Shown here one piece after another: positions 39,929 through 53,837 of a DNA stretch of 64,000 bases (position 1 is the first letter of the stretch; every line of letters starts with the position of its first letter). The notes under the pieces were generated by a model that saw only the letters and a program-made list of their open reading frames with translations, did not search any database and was not told the DNA's origin. The stretch is from assembly GCA_964016885.1 (NCBI GenBank), contig OZ024740.1:49724001-49788000 (forward strand), written 5' to 3'. A program made the translations under genes and the position numbers. The stretch is from Eledone cirrhosa. Lineage: Eukaryota.

Positions 39929-41215
39929 ATAGAATGGAAAATAAAAGATGAAATAGAAAGATAGAGAGTGAGAGGAGGAATACCTTAAAATAATGAGAAA
40001 AAGGACGTGTGTATTCAACCAACTGTTTGGGGGAAAATAACAGATATGAGTGTAGATTATGCTCCCAGGAACTTTTGGAAATAATGAAATCTAAGGATAT
40101 CCTATTAAATAAGCGACAAGAATTAATTATATCTTGCAATCATAAAATTAGAAGAACTTTCAAATATTATAAACCTAATTAATATACACCTTACACTTAT
40201 ATTTTACATATTATTATAATTAGTTTTTTTTATTTAGTTAACCTATAATTAGTACTTTACTACAGAAAACTTCATAATTTTATTTCCCTCTTACAGTTCC
40301 CTTTTCCTAAAATGAATACCTAAAAGTATATATATAAATTAATTTAATTTCCTGTTATGAATCTAGATTCCTTGTAGTCTATATAAGATTGGTATTTCTC
40401 ACTACTACATTTATCCCAAAATGTTATTTTCCTTCGTTTTTAACAACATTCTTTAATAGCATATAATTCTTATTTATCACATCCATATGAATTAATATAA
40501 ATTTATCCCTATAAGTATACCTATCAATTAATTTAATTTCTTGTTATAGATATAAATTCCTTGTGTTTTAAATAAGATTGGTATTTTTCACTAACACCTT
40601 TACCCTAAAATTTTAATCTCCTTCGGTTTTAACATTAACATTATTCTTTAATACCATCAAATTTTCGTGTACTCTTCACCGGCTTGACCTCTTTTCATCC
40701 CCAAAGTAATCTTTTCATTCAAAGTATTCTTTCCATTCAAAACTTAAGTCTGCACTCCTCTACCCCTAAATTAAATTTCTACTACTACTATTCTATCAAC
40801 TTGACCTCTTACTACTTTTCTATTGGTCAATTCAAAACCTGTTCCCAAATAGACCTATTATATTAAATCTTTGTTGGTTTTTTTCAATAAACAAATATCA
40901 TTATTTCTGAAGACAGCATATATATGTGAGGGTATGTATATTTCATCTGATAGTTTGTAAAATTTTTACATAGATCTATATGATATACATACCAACACAC
41001 ATATATATCCTAGAAACGATCGTAAAATGATGAATTTTTAATATAAGGAACTTGTTCTTTGTTTTTATTCATTGTTTTTATTAATTTATCTTGACTCTGT
41101 TTTCCTGGAATTTTCATCGAAAACTTTTGAATGCATCTTCTCTTTTCATGATATTTGGATTACATTGAGTTCTTCATACGAATTGGACACTACCGTATAT
41201 TTTGGTAGATTTATC

Positions 41216-41250
<35 letters not shown>

Positions 41251-41254
<4 letters not shown>

Positions 41255-42853
41255 AGCCTTTGACAGAGTACCCCGCTCGATTATCTGGTGGGCCCTTGGA
41301 AAACTAGGTGTTGATGAATGGCTTGTGAGAGCTATACAAGCCATGTATAAAGAAAGTCAGCAAGGTTAGAATTAGCAACGAATATAGTGAAGAGTTTAGC
41401 GTAAAAGTTGGTGTTTATCAGAGCTCCGTCTTTAGCCCCCTACTATTTATTATTGCCCTTCAGGCTATAACAGAGGAGTTCAAGACCGGCTGCCCATGGG
41501 AACTCCTATATGCAGATGATCTAACGCTCATAGCTGAATCAATGGCTGAACTAGAGAAGAAATTCCAAACATGGAAGCATGGCCTAGCATCAAAAGGCCT
41601 TAAAGTTAACTTGTCTAAGACTAAAGTTCTAGTTTGTAGGAAGGAAAATAGGGCACCGGTCCCATCTGGGAAATGGCCATGCTCAGTGTGTAGGAAAGGA
41701 GTAGGCAGAAACTCCATTTTATGTCCCAAATGCAAAGTATGTGTGCATAAAAGATGTAGTGGGATCACAGGTAAGCTAACTAAGAATATAGATTTTATAT
41801 GTGGCCGGTGCTCTGGCGCAATAAGTAGCAGCAAGTGCCCTGGGAATACTAGCTCATTCCATTGCACAGATGGTTCTATAGAAATAGTGGACAGCTTCCG
41901 TTACCTGGGTGACAAAATCAGCAGTGGGGGGAGGGTGCTCTGAAAGTACAGTAGCTAGAGTCATAACGGGATGGAAAAAGTTCAGAGAGCGTATACCACT
42001 ATTGGCCGCTAAAGGGTTCTCTCTAAAAATGAAAGGCAGCTTGTATGATGCCTGCATACGAACAGCAATGTTACATGGCAGTGAGACCTGGGCATTGTGT
42101 GCAGAGGATATACGCAGACTGGAGAGAAACGAAGCTTGCATGCTCTGTTGGATGTGTAATAGTAATATACGTGAACGGCAAAGCATAAATGAACTAAATG
42201 AGAAATTAGGAATAAGAGGGATCAGATGTTGTTTACTCGAGAGAAGACTACGTTGGTACGGTCACGTGATGCGCATGAAAGACGACAGCTGTATAAAAAA
42301 AAAGTGCAGGGCGATAAAAATAGACGGTAGCCACGGAGTAGGCAGACCCAGAGAAACCTGGGACGACTTGATAAATTCCGACCTCACACACTTACATCTC
42401 TCCAAGACAATGTCACTGGACCGAGAGCTTTGGCGCTACACAGTTATACAGAAGACCCGCCTTGTCTAAGTACAAAGCGAAACCTACAGTCAGTAGGCAC
42501 CTCTAACAAAATGCACCCCCGTCCCACTACCCCCACCCCATCCACACCACCCTCTTAAATGTGAAGTTATGTTGGTACCACAACATCCAGTCCGAAACAA
42601 ATGAGGTCGTGTAGGTGTCACGACAAAAAAACACACAGTCCACGCTGTAATGTGACCGTGTAGGTAACACGGTAAAAACCTCCCAGTCCACACTGTAAAC
42701 GTGGTTGGTGTTAGGAAGGGCATCCAGTCGTAGAAAACCCGCCAGACAGTCCTATACGAGCAGGACAACCAATCTTGCCTCAAGTGGGAAAACTCCCGTC
42801 CAAACCCATGCAAGCGTGGAAGATGGACGTTAAACGATGATGATGATGATGAT
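41251..42853 (+). mobile_element. 5'-truncated RTE-clade LINE with Cys-rich PHD-like insert and (GAT)n tail
   Basis: EKAFDRVPR, ELLYADDL, GLKVNLSKTK, CSVC..CPKC...HKRC..CGRC, FRYLGD, MLHGSETW, RRLRWYGHVMR. Confidence 0.95.
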
Positions 42854-42865
42854 GTTATATATATA

Positions 42866-43612
42866 TGATGGCTGCAAACTCTTCTAAGAGTACTGCAATC
42901 GTTTGTCAGATAATAGAGGTTGGTACACTTTTAGACTACGGCCAGCCACACAAACCTGTAAATATCCTGAACAAGCAATGCCTGTGTGCTTTGAAGGTTT
43001 TTAAGTGGGGAAAGGCCTTGCACTCGACCAATCCCACTCTCTGAGCATCGAAAACACTACCCGAAAAGAAGAACTGTTCAACTGGCTGCCCCCTCGTTAT
43101 CGAGTATGGCCATTGCACGATATACCATTATTAATAATTATTAATTAATTCTATCGTGCAATGCCTGTGCGTGAAGATATTTTTTAAAGTGAGGAAACAC
43201 TGTGCACTGAGCCAATCCCACTCTCTGAGCAACAGTAGCTATAACCCGAAACGAAGAAAAGATCAACATCATCGATAACTACTGAGCCGCAGGTTTTATA
43301 TCGGAGTTATCCCAGTTTCCTTAGTTGCCTTCTCCTAGAACAATGCCCTGACAAAGGCTAGGGATCCTTCACTCCCAGTGGTTTAACTGTTCGGTACATT
43401 TGTGTATACATATTTACACACTTTTGGATGGCCGTTGACTCTTATGAGTTCTTCCGCCCTTTGTCACGTTTTGTTATTTGTCCTGCAGGGTGTTTAAAAT
43501 CACCCTCCTCACCAAGTAAACTTGGTGGGGTTGCCGGTTTAGTCGCCGACGACCTGACCATGCGACAGGTTGTACTGGGTTACATGTTACCAGTAGCACT
43601 CAAGAATGACTC
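42866..43612 (-). mobile_element. Short non-autonomous RTE-derived element, subfamily B, plus an adjacent 3' fragment
   Basis: Homologous to 9994-10602 and near-identical to 55628-56101. Confidence 0.75.
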
Positions 43613-44554
43613 GACATACATACATACATACATGCATGCATATATATATATATACAGATACGCCCATACACATACCCATAAATACACGCATACAATAAAT
43701 ATATATGTGTGGGTGTGTAAGACCGTCAATTACCTTAACTTGAACGTAAATACATCCAAATTACAACCAATACAAATGTAAACTATATACCAACAGTCGA
43801 CCTCATTCATCAGATCCAGATCACTCAAGGAAGAGCTAAAAAAACGCACGTCCTTCTAATTATGTCCCACCTCCCGGACAAACAAGTATCGACCTCCACT
43901 AATTACTGGTATGGGTGTGACAGACGTCATCAGGCTGAAGCTGTTGTATTACATAGTTTCTATATATTATCTCCTACCGCTGAGATCAGTTAAATGGACT
44001 GACAATACCCTTTCATCGTGATATTCCAGCATGATCCCAGTTCAATGACCGAGACCAATAAAATATATAACACTTTCATATGACTTGTAAATTGTAAATC
44101 CAATCTATAAGCGGATCGTCGAAAATATACAATATTTTCGACTTACATTCACACAAAATACACATTACAACACACATGTGAAACGAACTTGGTTATAGAG
44201 AAGTTCCACAAATGCAACAATGAAAAAATACATGTCTTACATATATATATACACAAGCACACACACCTACACTAATGCGTAATATACACACTTTTCTTCT
44301 AGCTTTAAATTTATACCTAATTGTGTATGGTTGACAATATATTTGATCAGTTTCTACATGCTGTTGAAATGTTGGGTAAATACTCTATTGTGGTCGACCG
44401 CCAAGAGGCTGGTTTCGGTTATTTATCAAATATTTCTTCATAGGAGCCTTTACTCTTATAGCCTGGTTTAATTGATTTTTTATATGGTTAATTATGGCTA
44501 ATTGGGAGAGGAAATTGTATATATTTTATCTAATAATTCTAAGGACTTCATTTA

Positions 44555-44587
<33 letters not shown>

Positions 44588-44770
44588 AAAAGGTATGACC
44601 CCGACGGCAGAGCTCAAGCCGTTTCGACGGCTATTTCCAGAAATAGCCGTCGAAACAGCCTGAGCGCTGCCGTCGGGGTCATACCTTTTCCTATTACCCA
44701 CTCTACTACCTTAAGTATTGAGTACTCTGGTGCGTTATGCTCCATCTGGTTCGTTACCACAATTCCTTCG

Positions 44771-44830
<60 letters not shown>

Positions 44831-45056
44831 CTATATTTGAAGTTCTAGTCAAACTTTAATTAGTTACCTACCTAGCTATGTGTGCCTACATTCTTTACAA
44901 ATTATTCCCTGTGATTGTTTCATGTATTTATTTTATATATATATATGTCAAACTATTTCTAGTTGATATGTAATGCTCGGACCTAATCTTTGAGCTTATT
45001 CTACTGTGGATATGGAGCATGTCTCTCAGACATGACAACCCTTAATTTTAATTTTG

Positions 45057-45098
<42 letters not shown>

Positions 45099-45106
<8 letters not shown>

Positions 45107-45265
45107 TAACAGATTAAAGTTTAAGCAAAGAATCGCTGCTTTCACCCTTAACGGATCTTCTGAAACTAAAAGAATCAATCTGTGAACGCAGAAGTAAATA
45201 TTTCGAAAAACGTTGCAACCGAAGGAATGGTTCGTGGAAACGTTCCCTGGCAATGAACGGAAAAA
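45099..45265. mobile_element. Short (TA)n-anchored repeat; second copy at 47628-47800
   Basis: TTAAAATAACAGATTAAAGTTTAAGCAAAGAATCGC follows (TA)n in both copies. Confidence 0.75.
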
Positions 45266-45269
45266 AATG

Positions 45270-46110
45270 TGGGACCGGCTGGGATTTAGCCCAGTAGACG
45301 TCCCTCCTTCTTCTCCCCCTGTTGATGTCAAGTCCCCCCAACGCAATTGGGATGCCATCCAGTGCAGCCTGGCCTCAGAAAGGGTCACGCGCCAGCTCGA
45401 CCAGCACCGCCTTGATTGTTTTCGTGCGGCCTTCAAACCCCACAGTGGTGCTTGGCTCCATGCCCTGCCATCCTTCTCCACTGGCACGCAGCTAGACAAC
45501 CATAGCCTGCGAATCGGCGTTTCCCTGAGGCTCGCCCTCCGGATCTGCCAGCCACACCAATGTGGCTGCGGTTCCACCGTGGACTCTTTCGGCCTCCACC
45601 CGCTTTCCTGTCGCCACAGTGCCGGCCGCATTCCACGCATGGCTTGGATGCTGCAGGCTTCCCTTCCCAGCTCGAGCCGGTGGGGCTGGATCGAGGGGAC
45701 GGCAAAAGGCCAGATGGCATGACCATCTTCCCGTTCCGCGATGGCAAACCCCTCGTCTGGGATGCCACTTGCACCGACACTTTCTGCAGCCGCAACTTGG
45801 TGCAGTCTGCGACTGACCCAGGTTCTGCTGCACGTCGGGGTGAGGGGGGCCAAACTCCTCAAATACCGGTCGCTCTCTGACAGGTTTGCGGTCGTACCCC
45901 TGGCAGTGGAGACTTCTGGTGTCCTCGGCCCCAGGGCTATCTACTTACTCACTACCATAGGCGCTGAGCTGGCCAGCCGCAGGTGTGAGCCCCGCGAATT
46001 GGAGTGGCTTTTCCAGCGCGTCTCCCTTGCCGTCCTCTGGGGAAACGCCTTCTCCATCCTGTCCGCCGGGGCTGTGGGTTGGCCCAATCGCGTACCGTTG
46101 TAGTTGTTGT
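45270..46110 (+). mobile_element. CRE-clade LINE 3' fragment, GC-rich
   Basis: HSGAWLHALP, LRL...CQPHQCGCG..HPLSC, DGKRPDGMT..G.PLVWDATC, PLAVETSG, FQRVSLAV..GNA. Confidence 0.92.
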
Positions 46111-46410
46111 ATACAGATATTATATTACGTTGTAGTAGAAGCTGATATGTATATATATCAGTCAATACTCATCTTTTTCCATTTCTCCGAGGGTTATTAA
46201 CCCCACTATCAGGCTAAATAATTTCTTTCATTTCTTTAGTCAAAATACGGCGATAGCTTACATTTATAATAATTTCAAACCCGCTCGCTGCTTCGAAAAT
46301 ATTCTTACTATATATATATATGTTGTCTTCAGTATATTCTATTAGGTGGTTCGCGGAGACGTTCTCTGGCGATGAACGGAAAATACACATAAAAATATAT
46401 ATTAAAAAAA

Positions 46411-46441
<31 letters not shown>

Positions 46442-46627
46442 CGTGTATACATATAATTATATAAACGTATATAAATATACACACAAAAATAGGTATATAA
46501 CGCGCGCGCACACATACCTACATGTAAATACACTTATGTTCGCTAAACGTACGTCAACCAAAACACAAAGTACACATATACACACACCCTACATACGTAC
46601 GGACTCGCAATATATATATATATACAT

Positions 46628-46674
<47 letters not shown>

Positions 46675-47383
46675 CACATATATAACCTCTGTATTAACTT
46701 GCCTCTAATATTGCTACTCTGTTAATGTTGTCTTATACGTGTATATTATTGATGATGAGAAAGCTAGACAACCCTTTCATCTAATATAGACCACACAAAT
46801 ATTACTATCCTCACTACAGTGATAAATTCCTCATCAGTCAGATAATAAATGATTCTTACGGCCACCAGACCTTCATTGTTTAAAGCTGCCGGCTTATCTT
46901 TACACTATATATAATACACCCCACGACAGCTTTTACATGTCAATTTTATACATCTACCTCATGTCAGCTAGTTTTACACGCTAAAATCGTAGATATACTA
47001 TACTTCCCACCTAGATTGATGTTGTGATTATTTCAAATAATTTATTGCTAGCATTGTTAGTATTGTTGTTATTGTTCTGATTGAATGCCATTACTACTAT
47101 ATATAGTAGCCATGCCTGTATATTCCTTTCATTCTCACAAGCTCCGATGAATTGACTGGTTATAACTTTGTATTGGTCATCGAATAACGTGAAAACAAGC
47201 GGGTAGCGATCTCTAGACCTACCAGTTCAGAGAAACAATTGTCAGCAATGATATTAAAAACCTTTTTTGTATAGCAAACCGTGTCACTCTTCTTTCCTGA
47301 TTTATCATTACTCCAAGTGTTTACAACATAGGAATTGCAGCGTACTCGCAGCATCACTATGGAAACGCCTTGTTGAGTCAAAC

Positions 47384-47575
47384 TTAGCCAAGCGTTGATA
47401 TCATCCACTACCCGGGGTACCATAACTGGACTACACTTAAGTAAACTACATATAACAATAATTTGTTACCCCCGTATATATATATATACGGGGGTAACAA
47501 ATTATTGTTATATGTAGTTTACTTAAGTGTAGTCCAGTTATGGTACCCCGGGTAGTGGATGATATCAACGCTTGG

Positions 47576-47579
<4 letters not shown>
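47384..47579. repeat. 90-bp inverted duplication pivoting on a (TA)7 tract
   Basis: 47384-47474 is the reverse complement of 47489-47579. Confidence 0.92.
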
Positions 47580-47633
<54 letters not shown>

Positions 47634-47814
47634 TAACAGATTAAAGTTTAAGCAAAGAATCGCTGCTTTCACCCTTAACGGGATCTTTTGAAACTAACAA
47701 AGTCAATCTGTGAACGCAGAAGTGAATATTTCAAAAAACGTTGCAACCGGAGGAAGACAGGAAGACGATACTTTGGTTCGTGGAAACGTTCCCTGGCAAA
47801 GTATATAATTAATG

Positions 47815-48619
47815 TATAATAAACAATACAATATAATTACCTCATTACCAAAGGTTTCCCGAATAAGACGAATACAAGAAACATCCGCATTCGTTCGTCA
47901 GACAAGGCAATTTAAAACATAGTGAAATATTTGAAAATTCTCCTCAAGAAAGCCTAAAAGTTTAACGGGCAAAAATAAATAAAAGTAATGATACAAGAAA
48001 TGTATAAGAAGAAAAATAAAGAAATATAGTCAGGGATGTGTGTAAATGTATGTATATGCACATACATATGTACGAGCATATGTACATGTGTGTGTATGTA
48101 CAACTGCATGTGTATAGTAAAATAAATGTGTGCGTAAGTACATACATGAGGGCAAACATATTAGTGTATGTGTGACCACAAATAGATATATATATTTATA
48201 TGTTGAAAATAGAAATTGTAAGATAATGGAGTTAGCGTACATACAGACTCAGGGACTAAGGGTTGAAATATATACACATACAAGGATGAAAGGACGCACG
48301 CGTATAAACATACACACACGCACAAACACATACATGTATGTGATATATACAGGGAAGGGAGTGTATAAAGTCAACGCAGTGTCAGACGGAAGGTCGATAC
48401 AAATATAAAATGATGAATAAATGAAATAATATATAAGAATAAAAATAAAAAATTAAGGCAAAGAGAAAGTAAGTGGGAGGGGTTGTAATATATAAAGTAA
48501 CACAAGAAAAAATAAATAAAAAGTAGAAAACATGCATATACGCAAACAAGCTCATACATACATACATATATATAAATATATATATATATACAGAGAAAAA
48601 CACGTGCACAAGAGCATAC

Positions 48620-48656
<37 letters not shown>

Positions 48657-50425
48657 TACACGCATACATACGTACATATACACGCATACATACATACATA
48701 TACACATATATATACATACATGCACATCTATTCACACCCACGCACGCACCATATATATATATATATATATATATATAAGTATACATGTGAAAACACATAT
48801 ACGTAAACGCACACACACACACACATTCACACACACACATACGCACACATACGAATCCGTTCGTATACATATACAAACACGTATACAGATACATGCACAC
48901 ATGCGCATACATACATATATAAAAAAACAACCGTACAAAATATACGCAAGTATACATACATAAAAGCGGCTGAGGGACAACGGAAAATATCTGGAGTTAA
49001 AAACACAAGTGACATTTGATGTCTGGTAGTGAAAGAAAAGGGGAAAGTAAGATAAATGTAAATAATGTATAATTGTTAAGATATAAAGTTAATGAATCAA
49101 ATAGTAGGGGGGTGGGTTCACTAGTGGATGTAAAGTAAAAATAAAAGATAAGTAAAACTGAATGAGAAGTCTATAAAAAGGGTAAGTTAAGGAAAGTGAA
49201 GAACAAAAGTTTATGGAGGATAAGTGTCTGAAAGTGAGTTAAGTTTATATGAGCTGGAAAGCAAGTGTGATTTCATGTGTGGGCAACTGGTGAAAACTTC
49301 TGTTTTTGCATTTAGGCAGGTTTTTGGTGATTTAAGGTTCTGTAAAATCCAATATTTTTCACTTATGCAGAGTGCGCATCTTCTTGTTTCTCTTGCGTAT
49401 TCTTTAGAATGGTTCAAAATTGACCAATCTAATTTATATTGGATACCTTGGTCCTTCAAATCCCAAATTCTGCTAGCCAGAGCTGTTGTAAATCTTTTTT
49501 CAGGATGTCGGAAAGATGCGACATATGAGTAATAATGCGTTTTGAATTTGTCTTGTATCATACCCACATGTCGTTTGCTGGTGGCTGGTAGGTTGTTGCT
49601 GGTGGTTGTCACTTTGGCCTCATATACAATGGCTTTGGTGTTGCATTTACCTTGTAATGGGCATTCACTTTTGACTCTACAGGAGCAATTTTGATATACT
49701 CTGGGTGTTTTCTTATTAAGGATATAAGATTTAATAGAGGGACCGCAGGAGTAGCTGATTTTGACACAGTTTCTATTGAAGATCTTAATGTGTTCTAGGG
49801 AAATGTTTATCTAAGAGCTCTAGGAATTTTTTGCCTACATTAGTTTTAACTGCTAGAGACTAAGGGGTGTGAACCAGATTATTTTTCTTTTCCTATTATT
49901 ATGTTTAAAGGAGTTAGTATTGTTGGGTTTGTACTTAATCGGTTCACTAAATCCACTATTTTGAAGGGCTTTATTATAGTAGGGGGATGCCTTATTGAAA
50001 ATAGCTTCTGAGGAAGAGAGCGCTAATATTAGGGATGAGATTTTTTAAATACTATAAGAGGATGGCAAGAGCCTTTATTTATGTATTTTAAATTTTCATT
50101 AGATTTATGGTACGGTTTATAAGAAGCAGTAAGCAGATCTAGGTTTATATCTAGAAAATTAACATTAGAAAGGTTTGTGTCAATTGTAATTTTAAGATTA
50201 AAACTAGCGAAGGTTTTTATTAAGTCTTTCCTGAATCTGTCTAAGTTATGGCCTATAGTAGTATGGGAAATATTAAACCATCATCACGATAAAGCCCAAT
50301 GGTATGGTTAGGGAATTTCTATTTAAGTGTGTAGAGAAGGAATAGGCCGACTAAATCACACACGTCGGCACTGTCGAAAAAACCCATTGAGACATCGAAG
50401 GGGTTCTCTGGGTTAGATTTTTTTT
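47815..50425 (-). mobile_element. Decayed 5'-truncated PLE, Hydra-type (coding remnant 49211-50425)
   Basis: FDVSMGFFDSADVCDLVGL, GLYRDDGL, VNFLDINLDL, IFNRNCVKISYSC, linker CSCRVKSECPLQGKC, C-terminal endonuclease with CALCISEK; several stops and frameshifts. Confidence 0.85.
47839..47908 (-). ncRNA. Type I hammerhead ribozyme at the presumed 3' end of the Hydra-type PLE
   Basis: GCCTTGT-CTGACGA-ACGAATG..TATTCGG-GAAA-CC TTT GG-TA-ATGAGGT. Confidence 0.8.
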
Positions 50426-50520
50426 ACCCAAGTATCATTATTAGTAAACAGTAAAGTATTCTAGCATGCAAAATGACATTCTCTTCAATATCAGAAATAT
50501 TAATAAACTTTTTAGCAAAA

Positions 50521-50675
<155 letters not shown>

Positions 50676-50966
50676 TATGATGCGTGTGTGTGTGTGTGTG
50701 TATATATATATGTATATATATAAAAATATTTATATTCAAATACATATATATATAAGAATATATATGTGTGTGCATGTATATATATATATATATATATATA
50801 ACGAAGGAGTTGTGGTAAGGAAACAGATGGACCATAACGCACCAGAGTACTCAATACTTAGGGTAGTAGAGTGGGTAATGGGAGAAAGTATGACCCCGAC
50901 GGCAGAGCTCACGCTGTTTCGACGGAACAGCTTGAGCTCTGTCGTCGGGGTCATACTTTCTCCTAT

Positions 50967-51002
<36 letters not shown>

Positions 51003-51068
51003 CATGTATGTGTATATATATATATGTATATACATATATATATACATATATATATATACACATACATG

Positions 51069-51102
<34 letters not shown>

Positions 51103-51170
51103 CACATACATGCACACACACACACACATATATATATATATACATACATGCACACACACACACTAATATT

Positions 51171-51248
<78 letters not shown>

Positions 51249-51249
51249 C

Positions 51250-51466
<217 letters not shown>

Positions 51467-52594
51467 GAGTACGTGAGAGAGAGGAGGGGGCATGGAGAGG
51501 GAGATAGTAAGAAAGAGAGAGAGGGGATGATATATAGAGCTAAATAGATACATAGATATCATTGGCAAACTGTTGATGTTAATGGCTGGCTAGATCTTTG
51601 TCTGTCTGACTGACTGTCTGTCTGGCTGACTGTCTGTCTGACTGACTGTCTGTCTGACTGACTGCATGTCTGGCTGAGTGACTGGTTGGCTGACTTCTGT
51701 CTGGCTGACTGTCTGGTTGGCTGACTGACTGGTTGGCTGGTTATGTCGAATTTCTTACGTTAAGTGTTGTGTTTGCCTTTCGTTGCAGACTGCAGGTTTT
51801 TCACACTGTCGATTCTCGTGTATGCCTGCAACTTTTCTGCTGCTAATGTTTAGCACTTTCTGTCAACTGTTGCCCTATAACAGCGACATCTCTCCTTTCT
51901 TCGCTTTTTATTTATTCTTCCACCATTGACGTTCATACCATTCATTCCAAGACAATAAGAGAGGGGACAATTTACTGACTTTTTTCATATAACTATTTTT
52001 CTTGTTGTTATGGTTGTTGTTGTTGTCGTTACTGCTGCTGCTGCTGCTGCTGCTACTGCGCTAACTGCTCATGTCACTTCAGGTTGCCGTTTGTCAGTTT
52101 AATCGTCAAAGTTTTCCTTTAACTCTACTATTGCATACACCTTCCTTTTTATTTGTTCATCTATCTATCCGATCATCTGTCTATAACTATCATCTATCCA
52201 CCAAGCCATCCGTTCGTCTTTCTCTCTTTATATATCTCTCTATCAATCTTTCTAATTAGCTAGCCAGCTAGCTAGTTACCTTCAAGCGAAAATAGATTAT
52301 GTACTTTGACGGGGAAAAAAAAAGGCCGAAGCATATGTATGATATTTCATATTAACTAAATTATTAGTAAAACAAAGAAAAATAACATAATTTATTTTGC
52401 ATATAATCTCAGTAATAGAGAAAAGTAAAGAGACAAGCAAATTTTTTTAAAAGGCCGAAAAGTGATTTAAGAAATGCTCATAAAATGACTGAAGGATTTG
52501 AGTTAAATTTAAATGAAACAAAGCTTGGAACGAAATAAAGACAATTTGCGCGCATATAAGAGTATACCTGAGAAAATTTAAACCCATACTTTCA

Positions 52595-52689
<95 letters not shown>

Positions 52690-53515
52690 TTACACACGCA
52701 AACACCACACACATTTATACTTAATATACATATACATATATACATAATTACCATCATACATACATACTTAAAAAACATACATACATACATTCATATATAA
52801 ATATATATATATATATATATAGTTACATCTCTCCCTTCATAAATAAATATATACATTCACACACGCATGCATACATAAATATATACATACATACATAGTC
52901 ACGTAAATATGAATACATTATCGAATATATTATATGGACACTAAGATTCAAAGTAAGAGCAGGTAGGGAGGGAGAGCGAGAATACAGCATTATAGGAAGA
53001 TGCATTGTTGAAGCAAGAAGTTGTACACACCTCCAGTGAAAAGAGACCAGTTGTTGAAAAAAACACACTTTATCAATCTCTCCTTAAACAGCGAGAATTT
53101 GTATGTTTTCCTAGACTACATATTTCTCTTTGGAACTTGTTGATAACTTAGAAGTAAAAGACTCTACGAAAGGATTTACAACAACACACGGACTAAGCTG
53201 ACTGGATTTTTAATCAAGAATGTGAGTAAACACGTTTTGTATGTATATATGTATATATTTCTAGGAACACATACATACATAAAAAACACACAAACACACA
53301 CACAATCATGCATACGTACACACACACATACAGGCATAAATATATATTTATATATCTACACATACATAAATATATATATATATATATCTACATATATATA
53401 TATGTATATATATATATATACACACACATACACACACAACATATATATATATGTGTGTGTGTATGTGTGTATGTATGCGTGTATGTATATATATATATGT
53501 GTGTGTGTGTGTGTA

Positions 53516-53577
<62 letters not shown>

Positions 53578-53804
53578 TTTGGTTTGTGTCAGACGCTGTT
53601 ACACCGGGTGGACCAGCAGTGCTGTTGGTAGGGAGTGAAGCTGCCAAAGTCCATTTCAACGGCCGATGACCATGGAGTTTTGTGTCCTTCGTTTGTATTT
53701 TTATTTTTAGAAAATAATATTTTATAGTTTCCCCTTTAAAACATGTTTTTCCTTTTGTTTTGTTTCCGTTCGTTGTCTTGTCCTCTTTTTGTTAATTTTA
53801 AGTT

Positions 53805-53837
<33 letters not shown>

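Noticed and set aside
45101-45862. 253-aa minus-strand ORF
   Set aside because: Antisense shadow of the GC-rich CRE fragment.
49211-50425. Naiad-type selenoprotein PLE
   Set aside because: The endonuclease is C-terminal, the linker cysteines use normal Cys codons, and the stops I saw look like decay.
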